Assembly: GCF_048593235.1 (NCBI RefSeq)
Contig: NC_133620.1
Span: forward strand, 29,948,852 to 30,012,851
Direction: 5' to 3'
Length of the DNA: 64,000 nucleotides
Source of the DNA: Sminthopsis crassicaudata
Taxonomy: Eukaryota
Shown here: one piece after another, positions 24,750-39,200 of the stretch
Layout: every line of letters starts with the position of its first letter
How positions within the stretch are numbered: the stretch's first letter is position 1
Program-made: the position numbers and the translations under genes
Notes under the pieces: generated by a model
The model's input: only the letters and a program-made list of their open reading frames with translations
Database searches by the model: none
Told to the model about the DNA's origin: nothing

Positions 24750-26320
24750 TGACCTTTTCTCGACCTCTCCACAGCCTGACACCATCCCTTCTCTTAGATC
24801 CCCTCGTTAATCTGGTCTCTCTGGACCTCCTCCCTTGTTGCTGTCTATGAGTTCCTTTTCTCCATCCTTGCCATGAGCATTTACTGCAGGGATCCCCCAT
24901 GACTCTGTCTTGGACTCCTTTCATTCTACACTATCTCAGTGGGTGATCTCTTCGGCCTATGGCTTCAATGCTCATCTGCCTTTCGGAGGATTCCTGGAGA
25001 CATCACTGCCTTTTAGACGTGGCAAAGTGGATGTTCCACAAGCACCTGGAACTCAACATGTCCAAAACTGAACCCTCTCTCCCCACACCCACCCTTCTCT
25101 CTTGCAAATTGTCCGTTCCTATCAAAGGCACCCAGGGATATCCTTGGTATCAACTCTATTCACCCGTATACCTAATACATTGTCAAGTCCTTTCAATATT
25201 TCCCTCTCCCCAGTGTTTCCTTGCCACCATCTTGAAGCAAACTTTATCCCCTCACACCGGGATGATTGCATTAGTCTGCTTGGGGCAGTGAGCCCGGCCA
25301 CCCGACCTCCACTTGCCTCAAGTCTTTCTCCACTCAGTTAGACCTCCCATAAGGCAACTGATCCGGCCTTCCTTCAGCTCCACTCCTAGGCTTCTGTCTT
25401 CCACCAGAGGTCTTTCCTATTCATCCAGCCCATACCTCGCTGTCATTCCCACGGAAAATTTCCTCCAGAGACTCCACTATGTATCTTGTGTATATACAGT
25501 TGTTTGCACATTGTCTCCCTCTACAAGAGGCTCCTTAGAGGGAAGGCATCATATACTTGCCTTTTTTTGTTGTTTTTTTCTCTCGTATCCCCAGCACTAA
25601 AGCATAGTACCTGGCAAACACTGGTTGATTGACAGCGCTCTGGACAGTAAGAGAATTCTAGAGGAGATGTGGATTCTGGGGAGAAGATATGCAGCTCTAT
25701 TTTGGACAAGCCGAGATCCAGATAGCCATGGGATATCTGGACAAGACAAGGAAACGGAGGCTCCAAGAAGTGATGGACTCAGTGGGTTTGAGGGAAGATC
25801 TGACTGCTGTTAGCCCACAGTGCTAGCCACAAGTCTAGGAAGCATCTGCATAAGGTCATTGAACACATGGGAGCTGATGAGATCACCTGGGGAGGCTGGA
25901 AACCAGAAGATGGGGGTCCTTGGGGGGACACCTACATTGAGGCCACCCAAAAAGATGGAGGAGCACACATCCAAGTACTTTCAGGAAAAGCTGGGGAAAT
26001 GTTCAGATGCTGATCATTAGTGCCAAAGGCTGCCCAGAGCTCAGGAAAAATGAAGCCTAAGAAAAGGCCATTAGATTCAGCAATTAAGAGATCCAGTGCC
26101 GCTGAAGAGAGGAGGGTTCAGAGGTCAGACTGCAGACAGATGTGCAGGCCCTGAGCACAAGGAGTTCTCTCATGGTTCTGACTGGGGGAAGGCCGAGAGG
26201 ACCGCAGCCTGAGGGGATTGTGAGCTCCAGGGAGCTCTTTAAGGCAGGGGACGACCTGGCATATCGGAAGCCATCGGGGAAGGAAACTGATCTAAAGAGA
26301 TTCAAGATTAGAGTGGTGCC
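24750..26320. mobile_element. L2 fragments (+ at about 24750-25640, - at about 25640-26320)
   Basis: cacctggaactcaacatgtccaaaactgaa; ccagcactaaagcatagtacctggc. Confidence 0.65.
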
Positions 26321-27139
26321 GGTGGGAGGAGGGGCAACTTCCTGGACTCCCCAGAAAAGGAGATCTGGTCGCCCTGCAAGGAAGAAGGCCAGAGCTCTGT
26401 GAGCTGGAGGAGGAGGAAGAGTGAGAGGGGTGGCAGATAAGAAAGGGGGGGGGGCTCTTGGGGATCGCAGCAAGGACGAGGGAGGACTGAGAAGGGAGAG
26501 TGTAGAACTCAGCTAATGAGCGGATTTGGGGGAGATGGCTGCCTTGCTGCAGATTAGACAATAAATTTGTAGCAACCCAGAGCTGCAGTTTGACAACTTG
26601 GTTTAGCTCCCCAAAGGTAGATGGGGGGAGTTGACTGACAATCCCAGGCCGGAGATCAGCATCCTTAAAAGGAATTAGAAGAGCAGCAAGGGATTACAGT
26701 ATAGATAAGCGGTTCATCAGGGACGGGAGGGACGCCAGTGCTGGAAAGAAGGGGGGGGTGTGCGCAGATCATGGGGAGATCAGCAGGAGGGACCTGGACA
26801 GGGTGATGGACACAGACTGTGGGACCTTCCAGGGAGGAGAGGCCATTCTCCCCCAGCAGCCTGAGAGCTCCTCCTTGCATCCCCAGGGCTGTATCCGGAC
26901 AAGGCACACAGTCCAACTGAACTGAGCCTAAAGTTCCCTCACCTTAAACCTGACAAGGTGATCTCCATTGCCCAGTCCTGGGGCCACGAAGGGCAAACGA
27001 GTTCTAGGAGGAGATGGGCGACTCCGAGCCAGCCCTGGCCCAGTCGCTCCCAGAGAACACTCCCGCCTTCCCCAGTGTGCCGTGGCCGGCCCCTGAGTAG
27101 CACAAAACAGGAGGACCGATTGAGTGGGGGTGTTTGGGG

Positions 27140-27145
27140 TTTATT
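27140..27145 (-). terminator. IPO13: Candidate proximal AATAAA for IPO13
   Basis: tttatt on the plus strand, 27 nt after the stop codon; usage unknown. Confidence 0.4.
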
Positions 27146-27172
27146 CTATAGACACTCGGCCTCAGCCAGCCC

Positions 27173-27269
27173 TCAGTAGTCAGCAGTGTAGTCAGTGCCG
27201 TGGAGACCCCGACAGAGCAGCGTGAACTCCTTCACCATCTCCTTCACTCGACGCTTGTTCACCCGTTCT
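27173..27269 (-). CDS. IPO13: IPO13 exon 20 (coding part)
   Basis: [31 protein letters not shown]. Confidence 0.97.
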
Positions 27270-30200
27270 CTGCAAAGGCAGGGAGAAAAAAAAAAGGGCC
27301 ATCAGCTCCATTTTTCATGACTCCACGTCAAGGCCCGCTGCCAAGGGATGTGTGCGAGGCCGGGGAAGGGAGGTAACGCTGAGGGACTCCAAACAGGCTG
27401 GGAAAAGACCCAGATGTGGAGAGGCTCAAGGCACACTGGGAGCTGGGCCAAGTTTGGCTAGCATGTGTGTGTGTGTTTAGCAGGCTGGTAAGAGAAAAAG
27501 GATGGAAGAGTCAGTCTACAGGCACTGATTAAGCACCTGCTGGGTGCCTGCTCAGCCCTGGGATGTAAAAAGCAAGTCCCAGCTACAAAGCAGCTACGAG
27601 GTACCACCATGAAGCAAGCCCTGCCCCCCCCCCCCCCCCCCCCCTCCCCCAGCCGCCTCCCACCACCTGCCCAATCACCTGAGGACCTGCTGGCTGAAGG
27701 TATCCTTCTGTTCAGCACTAAGCCGGGGCGAGGGGAAACCTGGGGACTGCATCACCTCCTTGATCCACACACTGAGGCAGCTAAAGCAGTGTTTGTTGAG
27801 GGCAAAGAGGACATCCGCAAAGGAATCCATGAGGCTGCGGGAGGCTTGACCCCCGATGGCCTGGGGAGAGGGGAGCCAAGGCGGCCGCCGTCAGGAGGAC
27901 AAGCAGGACCTCAGAAAGCCCTGCCCCGTGGCCTCAGCTCTCCTGGCTGCCCGGCACTGTCCAGCACAGCAAGGGCACTGATTTGCCAAATCCCAGGGCT
28001 CCTTCCGCTTCCCGCCCCCCTCTCCTCCTCCGTGACCATACGGTCCCTGCCCCACTCACCTCTAGCACAGCCTGCAGCAGCACTTTGCCATCCTCCTGGA
28101 CCACCTGCCCGATGGGTGGGATCTCCCCACACCGGGGCAGCAACTCTGTCTGCAGGAGGGACAGGTCACAGGTGACTTAGACTCCCAGGGAGCTGTGCCC
28201 CCGCCTCCCCAGGGCTGAGAGTCTCCTGCCAGACCCTGAAGAGGGTTTCCTTAATTCTTCAACTCTCAGGTGACCTGCTGGGAGGTGAAGCCTGACCGGG
28301 GGATTCTTGCCCCCTCCCCCCCCCCCCCCCGCCTCACGGGGACCAGGACTTGGCCATCCCAGGGAACAATCTGATCTGACTTTCTCATGTGAAATGGGAG
28401 AGGCTCAAGTGTCCTGAGATGTGATCCTGCTGCCTCTTAGCCCGGGAAGGCAGGGCCCTGTCTCATGAATCTGCCTCCCTTCCTCAGGCCACAGTCAAGT
28501 CTTCTGGGAAGTGCCAGGATCTCTCTGCCAGGACGCTCTCTAAAAGGTTCTTCTAAGCAATAAGGTTAAGGCAGGGAAGGGAAGAAGGGCTGAGAATGTG
28601 AGAGGAAGGAGCAGAGGTCCAGGGCCCAGCAAAAAGAGCGAGAAGTGCCCAAACCCAACTCTGGGCCTAAGAGACGGGCAGCGACCACAAGAAGCAAACC
28701 CAAGAACCCAGGATCTGAGAGTTATTCCCAAGGGGCTGGGGAACACTGGGGAATGAACTTGTCCTCCTAAGTCCTGGAGGCAAGATGGAGAAGCCAGACC
28801 AACACTATCCATAAAGCAGGAAAATAAGACCCAGGAGGGAGTCTCACATCCTCCTGAGATGAATCAAGAAGGCTTCATAATGGGGATGGAGGAACACAGA
28901 GCATGCCAGGGGAGAACGCCAATCCAGACAATTCTTGCTTTCCAGGATATGGAAAAAATGCCGAAAAGAAATCTGCATCCCCCAAATCCATGTGTCAACT
29001 TTACTGGACTGAATTGGGCTCTCTCCCTGCTCCTGCCTTGGGAGCATTTCAGAGCCTCCCTCACCCCACCAAAAAACTAAACTCCTTCAAGTGAAAGTAG
29101 AACAACGGAAGTTTCTACCCCCATTGTTGCAGGCAGCATGCAAGCTGGGCTTGAGACCTCTGGCACTGAGAGAGAAGGGCCTTTGCCCCACTGGGCCCAC
29201 CCCCATGAATCTTTTCTGTCCCCAGACCCTGCCCCTGTTCTTCCCCTTGGTTCTGATCAGGCCCCAGTGTGGCTGGCCCTGGCCCTGGCCCCGGTACATT
29301 CTTCCTTACATTCACGCTTCTGTGTCTCAGGCCCCCCATGTCCTTGAACCATGTGCTGGCCTCCCCACTGCACAAGTGTGCAGTCTCCTTCCTGTCTCCC
29401 TCCCTCCCTCCCACATCACAGGCAAATTCACATTACATAAATATCCCTTTATGCAGAGGTGTGTGGAACATCCACACAGGTTAGTGAGAATTGTCTATAT
29501 CCAAGAACGAAGGTGAACTCTAAAGCAAAGGGATTGGTTCACTCTCATAGCCATCACTGGGACTGGCAGAAGGGAGGCTAGGGATAGTTATTTCTTATTT
29601 TAAAAGGCAGAATAAGCCAAATATTAATTACATGCCTTGTACAGTGAGGAGATAAACTCACAAGAGAAGGAGAAAGCACCATGGGTAAGGATCACCTAGA
29701 GCAGTAATGGAGGAGCTAGCGACAGATTACCCAGCCAGGAGGAAATCAAAGAGTTCAGGAAAACAGATCACAAACTCAATACAGAGGCAGCAAGAGGGAA
29801 TGGGCTCTTCAGCTAAGGGGCCATTGGCTCTCCCATTCTGCTAAAAACAGCAGCTAATGAGTAATTAGCCCTACATCCTACTCTGGAGCTAACTCTGACA
29901 ATAAGGATGAACTAGTTGTGCAAGAGAGATTGTAAGGAGCCTGGGAGAGGGCTGCTCCCCACGATGCACCAGTAACATTTCATAGTCTTCCTGACTCCCG
30001 GAGCAGTATTTGGTCTATTGCCTCCTGGACTTATGTTGGGAGACAGTAAAGCTAGATGCACTCCCATCAGAGAAAGGGCAGATGAGGGGGCACAACCTAA
30101 AACCCAACAGGAGAATCAGCCAGAGGGATGAGGTCTAGCAGTCCTAACATGCAAAGAGCAGTGACCAACACTAAGAAATCCAGAGGCAAGAAAATCCAAG

Positions 30201-33200
30201 TGAGGAGCTGACAACATGGCCCATGAGTGCCAGTGACTAACCACGAAGGCCCCACAGACCAATAACAAGCAGGGTGAACGCTATATCCAGATTCAAAGAG
30301 ATAAGTTTAACCCTCCAGGGATCACTTTGACTTGGTGGGAGGAGACTCAGGCCTCAAACATGATTCTAGAAGGGGGAAACCACAGCTAAAAGGAACAGGA
30401 AAGCCAAGAAGGAAATGGGGGAGCATCCCACATGAAGAATATACTCATGAGGGGAAGGGAGGAACCCCAGATTCAGTGTTTCCCTGACACAACTCTCAAC
30501 CAATTCAGGTTGTACATGCTCTGCACTTCAGAGTCTCAGAGAGTGACCTGGACACTGAAAGGGTGAGTGACTTGCTTGGATTCACGCAGACAGTGGGTAC
30601 TGGCAGCAGGATATGAACCATTCCTTCCTGGCTCCAAGGCAGCTCCATCTAGACTTATATATGAGGTAATAGGAAAGAATAGGGAAGTAGGAATGGGGCA
30701 GAGTTGGAAGAAAGGGTGGTAAAAGAGAAGAGAGAAAAAATGGGAAGTACAGGGAACAGCATTGGGGAAAAGCAGAAGTCATTTTTTTGAAGGGAGCTCC
30801 AGATCACTTGAGCAGAAAGAAGAAAGATAAGGAGTCCAGGACTTGCCTGATGAGGCAGTGATGGGGGAACTTCAGTTATCCAGTTACTGCTGGAGCACTT
30901 GCTCGCTCTCTCCCAAAACTGGGGCATCCTGACTTGCTTTACTGAAAATTCTATAGTTCAAAAGATGGACAGGCCAACCGGGGGAAATTCTATTTTGGAT
31001 AGTCTGTCACCAAAAAGGAAAAACTCCCCTTTAAGCTTCATTAAAGAAAAAAGAAGGGGAACAAAGGGGCGTGGCATTACCAGATCTCAAACTGTATTAA
31101 AAAGAGGGACTTCTCCAAATTATTTGAGAACTGGCTACAAAGTAGAACAAAGAACAATAAAACATAGGAGACAAACAAGACTGAGAAGTTAAATCTAAAA
31201 ACTTAACATTGTGAAATCAGAGAAAAATTTCTGATGAAGCGGAAAAAAAAGAACTCTTTCAACAGGCAATGGGAAGAGAATAACTCTGGAGTGAGCGGGA
31301 GATAAGGTTCAAGTTCCACCTCTGAGTAGTCGGGTCACCAGCCTGGGCTCAGGATTGGACACCAAGTCCTTCCCAGTCCTGGCTCTAGGACCCACTGATT
31401 CTATGATCTTTTAGAGGCAGATGGCACTTACCAGTCTACGTAAAAGCTCACAAAGACATGCATTTATTTCCCCAAGGTGGGAAGAGAGGCAAGTAATGAA
31501 GGATGAACGGACACAAGTATAAAAGAGTCTTCCAGAACAGTGTTGGGGTGCTAGAACTCAGGGCAGGCAGAGGCTGACAACTAAAGGGTTGGCTTTGGTG
31601 ACATTGAGGAAAAGAGTTAGTGTTGATGGGGCAATAATCGGCAACAGAGAAGGCAGACCTGCTCAGCTTGGTGCTGCCTTTTCCGCCAAGCCAAACAATT
31701 TTGCAGCAGATAAAGGGAGAACAAAAATGGCAGCTGAAAAGCTGAAACCAGAGAAGGAGAGAAGTAATGCGAGAAAGCCTAGCGGCCTGAGAATCCAGGT
31801 CACCAGGGCAGATGAGCTACATTCTTAGGAACTAAAAAGAAATACCAATGGGATTGCTATGATCACAGGATTTTGAAATTAGACGGGAACTCAGATGTTG
31901 TCCAAGCAAACCTGTACAAGAAAGCCTTCTACAACATATCCAAAGAGTGGCCATCCAGTCTTTTCTTGAAGATTTCTAGGGAGAAGGGACCCCTTACCTC
32001 CCAAGGCAGTCCCTGTGGAAAATGGTAGAGGCACTAGACCACTGGAATAGGGCAAATGTCCCAATTTTTTAAAAAAGGAAAGAAAATAAGAGTTTACGGA
32101 CTATAGATCAGTGAATGTGGCTTGAATCTCTACAAAAATTCTAGAACATATTATTAGGAGGGATGGTTAATAGGCAAATGGAAAAGGAGGCAGACTTGGT
32201 GAGATAAAACCCAGGACTCCAGCACAATATACATAGAGGGGATTTAAAAATGGTTGTGTGACCAAGCCCAGAGATGAGTTGTGAATGACTGATGTAAGAT
32301 TTCCATATTTGATAGATGAGCGAGGGGTAGAACCCTGTGGAATTGTTGCCAGAGAGCCTTCAAATTAAATCTAGTAGAGCCAAGCCTGTCCCAGGGCAAC
32401 ATCAGACAGTGCATTCAAGTTTTTGTTTCTAGGAGAAATGCAAGATTGTTGAAAATGCCACAATTTCTTGGTTCTCTAACACTGTCTGTCCAGATGCAGT
32501 GAGGTCTAGACATCCACTGGGAATGGATATTAGTCTTCAGGCTGAACTGCTTGCAAGGGTTCCAGCTTTTGTTCAGGAGGCACCAATCAACCCCCCCAAG
32601 AGCATGACAAGCAGTGCCTCCTGGGAAGTGGGAAGCACCGTTTTTTGTTACCGTACTTGGAGATAGCGATTAGGGCTATTAACAAAAGTGTGCAACATCT
32701 CTTGAGGAATCTTACGTCGAGGCATGTTTCTGAGATATGTCATCAGGCAGGATGACTTTTAGGTGACCTTTCCGTTAACTACATTAAATTGAGACCCTGC
32801 TGACTCTAGAGGTGACCCCCAAAGATGTGATCTTTGTAGAACACTGTGGAACCCCCCCAGTAGCATGTCCCTAATACAGGTAAAGCCTATTTCCCTAGGT
32901 TGTGGGGACCAGGATGTGGAAAAACTGCTGAAATCCTCGGGAATACCTTTTTTCAGGAACACCACCTGTGGCTTTGCTCTCCCTCTTTCAGGTTTTTAAC
33001 ACCTAGGTCTCAGGTAGCCATTCCATCCATCTCTGCTTGCTGTACTACCTGACAGAGTAGACTGGCTACCTCGAAGGTGGGCTCCCCCGGTTTGCTGCCA
33101 CAAACATCCAGCCACAAATCTGGATGAGCCTCATCATCCACTGCTTGCTGGTCCACAAATCTCAAGCCAAGACATTTGCCTTCAATTCTTGCTGCGGTTT

Positions 33201-36200
33201 TATGAGAAAGTACCGTTACCAGCTACCATTCTCCTCCACAAGATTTTGCAAATGGGTTTTTATTCTAAAGGAAATTGACCTTGGCTATAATCTTTTGCTG
33301 ATGAGCTAGAAGATGGAGGATTTGCCAGCTCAGGCATTTGCTAGGATGCTTTACTCTTGAGCTTTGCTTTGCTTTGAGCAGGGATTGCTTTATCTTGGCT
33401 AAACTGCCAGAGGCAACAGAAATCATTCTGTCTGTTCTCTTCCCTTATCCATTCCTATTTTTCCTTCCAACAATATCTGAATGGATCTCTGATGTCATAG
33501 AAACCCATTTAGCAGAACTCTTGTTCAGGCTCACCCAAAGTGCTGAGGATGGAGCTGGGAGGTGGGATATGCATCTTCTTCCCTTTCTTTTCCATTACAA
33601 GGATATAGTGGGGAAACCCCTTCTGTTTTTTTATACTGGCCATGTGGCCAGCCCCATTAAAAAAAACAAAAAAAAAAACCTATCATGATTTCTTGATGAA
33701 ACCCTTCACTGTATCAAGACTGTTTTAAAATATTGGGCTGTGGCTGGTTTTGTTGCCCTATGATTTGTGATCTTTCAATTTGGTGTTGATTTTGATTTTT
33801 GAAATAAGTGCACTCACAGGATCCTGGGAAATGATTCAGAAAGGAGCAAAAGCAATCAGTCTTTTTGGTCAAGAGTCAATCCCATTTTTGTGATGAAATT
33901 ACACTTTCCCCACATCCAGAGCTTCCTGTGTGATGCTTCTCTAAACAAGGCGGGGCCGCATTCTGCTTGCTCTCCATCACCACTTCCAGATCTCTCCTCC
34001 TTGGAGGAGTCCTTTATCTAGACCGATTATCCCATTCAGCTCCTACCTCATCCACCAGCCTCAGAGCATGTCACTCCTCAGTCTTCTCTTCCCTCATGCC
34101 CTGTAACTCAACCGTAATGTCCCTCAAACACTGGGAACTCTCTTGATGCACTCACTCCTCCACCATACTGGAACGGTCACGGCCTGGTTCTTTTCATCAC
34201 CCAAGAGGATTCCACTATCTTTATTCCATCCTAACACCTGATCCTTCCATCTCTGTACGTATTTCACTCCTAAAACTATTCTTCCTCCCTATGACCTTAA
34301 TCCTAACATTGGACTCAACCTAATCTTCAGTTGTATCCCAGGCCATTACCCTTGGCCTGGTCTCACTTTCCTGTCTTCTCAATCTTTAACCTAGAGTATA
34401 AATGCCATGTTACTCTATTCCCTGCTCTCTCATCTCAATGCCTCTGCCTGGATTTTACCTTGTCCAACAGCAGACCATTGCCTCCTGCCTCCTTAGCTCT
34501 ACTATGTGGAGGGGTCCTCTAATTTGGAGTCTTCTCCCTTCCCGATTCTCTAATATACCACACAACAGCCATCTCTCAAACCTCCCACAATGCCCACTAT
34601 CCCTATCTGCCCAGGAAAAGAGCCTCAGATCCCCCTTTCTTCAGTCTTTCCCTATCCTGTTGTGCACTATAAATACTTCCAGGTCCTCCTGATATTTATG
34701 ATACTTTACCAAAGCCTAACAATCTTCCCCCATATAGCTTCCTTTCCCTTTTTGAACAAAATCCCTTAAAAAAGCCATCTCTATTGCTCCTCCATTTCCC
34801 ATCCTCCTCTCTCTCAGCTCTCTGTAATTGAGCTTTTGCCTTCAGCACTCCAGCTGCTCTGTCCAAAGCAAAAATGATCCAACAGCTTGGTCTCCCCTTT
34901 GCTGGATCACCATCCACACCATCCTCCCTAACTGTGGATGTCTCCCAGGGGTTCTTCCCTGGAACTTCTCTTTTCTTTACACACTTTCTGGTGTTCTCAT
35001 TACCTCCCAAGGGTTCAATTACTAACTGTATGCTGACTACTCTCAGGTTTACAGATCTAGTCCCAGTTTCTCTCGAGGTTCAATCCTGTATCAACAACTG
35101 CCTCTTGGACATTTCCCAGCGGATGTCCTGTAGGCATCTCAAACTCAACAAATCCAAAACAGAACTCGCTACCTTTTCCCAAGCCCAGGCCTTTTCCAGA
35201 CCTATCTATTTCTGTGGAGGGTACCACCATCCTCCTAGTCACTCATGCTGTGACCTCAACCCCTCTCTCACTCCATCTAACCATTCTGCATCCACAATAT
35301 CTTTCTTCCTTACCATCATCCTCCTTTCTTCACTCACAGGACACTGATTTAGACAAGGCCCCCAATACCTCTTTAGCCTTCTGACTGGTCTCTCTGTCTT
35401 TACTTTAAAACATCATTCTCCATCCCCTACCCAGATATTAGAGTGATTTTTCTAAGGGTTTTTGCTCTACCATGTCATGTAGCCTTTTACCCTCATTCAA
35501 TAAACACCAGTGGCTTCTTATTACTTCTAAGAGCAAACGCAAACTCCTTCCATTGGCGATCAAAATCACTTACAACCTCCTCCACCTAGCTATCCAACTC
35601 CTTCTCCATCCCTCCCCTTTTCACAGTCTAGCACAGCCAAACTGGTCTTACTGTTGATCCTCCCACATGGCCCTCTATCATTTCCAATCTCAACACTTGG
35701 TACAGTTGTCCCCCACTTGCCTCACCTCCATGCCTCTTACAATCTCTGGCTTCCACTAAAGCTCAGCTCTAATGCTGTCTCCTCTAAGTTCCTCCTGCTG
35801 TTCCTCAGCTGCTGCCCCCTTTTCAGAAGTGACCTAGGATTTATTTCACACAGATATATTCTGCCTTAAAGGCAGGGGCTGTTTCATGTCTGTCTTTTAT
35901 TTGTCTGAGACAGTCCTGACATAGCAAGCACTTAAGGCCCTTCTCCATGCTGGACACCTTCTTCTGGCCAGGCTCCAGCTAGCAGACCCACGTGCTTCCT
36001 ACACTCGGCGGCCAGAACTGAACACAGCGCTCTGAAAGTCACCTGAAGGAATGCAGTCCAGAACTGTCCCCATGAAGGCAGCCCAAGATCTACTCTCTTG
36101 GAAACAGGATACATTGAGCTTATAGTCCAAAAATCTTTTTCAGACATGCTACCAAAACTTGCCTTTGCCTTATGATGCTACACAAATAGCATTTTTTTTT

Positions 36201-39200
36201 TTTTTTTTTTGGCTGAGGCAATTGGGGTTAAGCGACTTACCCAGAATCACACAACTAAGAATTGTTAAGTGTCTGAGGCCAAATTTGAACTCAGGTCCTC
36301 CTGACTTCAGGGCTGGTGCTCTATCCACTGCACCACTTAGCTGCCCCTGCTTTTTTGCTTTTTTTAAACCAAGATCTGAGATTTTAACACTTATTCCTAT
36401 TAAACTTCATCTTTTAAGAAACTTTCAATGTAGGTGATTCAGTCCAAAATCTGTCAAAACCATCTTGGACTGACTTGTCAAGCAGGATGTTAAAGCTCCT
36501 TCCCCGCAGCTTTGTGCCAAATGTGATGACCTGTTAGCCATCTCAGCTTTATTCCAAATCCTCAAACTTTCGTTCTAGTATCCTTTTATATGCTATTAAA
36601 ACTGATTGAGGATCTGTCCAGATTTTTTTTTTTAATATGGGTCATTTTTCTAGATAATACTGTGTTAGAAATAAAAACTAATTTTGAATTTGGAAAGGGT
36701 TTTAGAGACCTCGCAGGATTTTCTGGCCCATACTTTGAGAAGCACTGCCCTCTATCCAAACCACTGATAAAAATGTTAAATAGCACAAGTTCTAGCACAG
36801 ATGCCCGAGACACTCAACTAGCCACGAGACTGGTGAAGATCACCTAGGACTGGCCATTCAACCAGTTTCAAATCCAAACAACTGTGTTGTATTCTAGTTC
36901 ATATCCCATAAGGATGATAAACTCTGCCCACAGCAACCTCAGCAAACAGCATTAATGGCATCCTCCACCACTTCCAGGCTGGTAAGATTGTTATCCTTGT
37001 GTGACTGGCTCTGGCTGGAACCAGGATGGCATCTGTGATCGCTGTTTCCTCTTCCAGATGTCTAACCGCCATCCCTTTAATAATACCATCTAGAATTTTT
37101 GCACAAATCGAAGTCAGACTCACTAGCTTATAGTCAGCAGATCTCATTCTCTTTCATTTTTTTCCTCTGCCATTCTCCATGATCTCTGAAATAGCAGCAA
37201 TCGTATTCACCGTTTCTTTCAACACTGGAGGACATAGTTTATCTGGATTGAGGCCATTAGGTCCTTTTCTTACTGATTCCTTAATTAACCTTACTTATCC
37301 TGCCACTTCTAGTTGAAAGATCATCTTCCCTGATAAAAAAAGGAGAAGCAAAACTCCTTAACAGGAAATCTTTCCGAAAATAATGCCCTACCCTGAACCT
37401 ATGCCATCTCACTGAGCAAACTCCTGGGGGTATCCTTGCAGATAAGGTGATAACAGGGCTGTCTCAGTAAGATTGGTAGCCAGCAAAAGCAGACAAGCCT
37501 AACAATCCACCCAGTTTTGAAAAACAAAGTGGAGAAAGAATACACAATGCCAACTGATGGGGTCCAGTAGCACTTTCTCTATGAAAGATACAGAGGAATA
37601 GTGAGCCCAGCCTACAACTGAACAGCTGTAGGAAGAGGGGAACATTTGAAAAACTTCTTGCAGCCAAAACCACACCAATTCTTAACAGCAGTACTGCCCT
37701 GGAGTTATGGACAGCCACAACCTAAGAAGCAACAAACTTACAAGGGAGCTGGAAGGCAACAGAAAGGCACGGGGTAGATGCAAGGAATGACACCGGACAG
37801 CCACAAGAAGTGCCTGAGAGACTTGAGCGGGGCTTGCTTGCCACATTACAGGGACAATGTCCCCAGGGCTGCACCGCCAGCCACAAAGTGCAGAGCATGG
37901 CCTTCAACCAACAGGCTTCTTCTCCCAAACAGAGCAGAGAGGGGATGAAGTGTCATTTGTCCTGGGCCATTCCTAACAGGAGCTTGAGGATCTGAGGACA
38001 TGTGGAGGAAGCCCAGAGAGCCAGCCACCTAGTGAGGGCAGCCACAAGCCTTAGGTCCAGATGTGGGCTGGCCTGGACACTGGCTGCCACAGCACTTCTC
38101 TTCTGAGAGATGGCTGTGTTTCTTACAGCTGTGGACCATGATAATTTGTGTTCCTCACCCCACAGGACAGAAGTTTGTAAACATAAAGCACTGAATAAGC
38201 ATAGGAGGGAAGGGATTGGGCAACAATTCATAGGAAAAAGATCCAAGAACTTCAGTGTACTGCAAGCTTGGTCTCAGGGTGACAAGAGCCTATACAACCT
38301 TGGCCTGCAGAGTATCCACCACTGTCCCTCCACCCTTGTCAGGCCACATCTAACAACTGGGCCCAGTACCAAGTGTCACAATTTGGAAGGGATGTTTTAC
38401 AACCTGAAGTACATCCATGGAGGGCAACAAGAATTCCTGTCACATAAGATTCACTGAAAGGGACTTAACTCGGAGAAGAGAAACCGCTCGGGGACACAGG
38501 AGCTATTTGCAAGAGCCTGAAAGGCTGTCATGGGAAAAGGTCAGTATTAGAGGCTTATTTCCAGGTCACTGTCCAGTGTTCTGAACAGCAGAAACCACAA
38601 ACAGCACCAAGCCGAAGACACAGACAGGAGGCCAGGCTGGCCCCTGGGAGCACAGGATGCTCTGAATGCCCCATGGTTGACTTTGTTTGCTATTATCCTG
38701 GACCTTGAGAGTCCTATGGAGGTTGGGGTGGGGAGCAGGGCTCCATACTCACAAAGAAGCCGCAGGAGGCCTTGACAGTCGGGGCCTCAGGGAACTTGAG
38801 TGCCAGCACACCTGCCCACAGGAGAGACAGGTCAGGTCAGGGAAGTCCTCCAGATCCTCCCCAGGCCGTAACCAGACCCCTACTCACCACACTGGAACAC
38901 AGCTTTGACATCCAAGCTCTCAGACAGGAAGAGGTCCGGCTTCCGCTTCAGGGCCTATGGGAAGACGGAGCCCCCGTGAACCCAGCCCCTGACCCCCTCC
39001 TGGCCCCACCCCACTAAGCCACTCACCTGCCCTGGTCTGATTTAGGGTGTGGCCACACCAGGGATCCAGCCCAGCTGGGCTCCTCACAAAAGCTTGTTTC
39101 TCCCCCCCTTCCTGCCCTCCTCCCCCCACCCCAGTGACCCAGGACACCTCAAAGCTCCTGCCAGGTGGGGGACAGGAGGGAGACAATGGCTGATGAAGGA

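Noticed and set aside
33338-33688. Gypsy-integrase-like word [19 protein letters not shown] on the plus strand
   Set aside because: No upstream DDE motifs; the L/F-rich composition looks like the antisense of K/E-rich sequence
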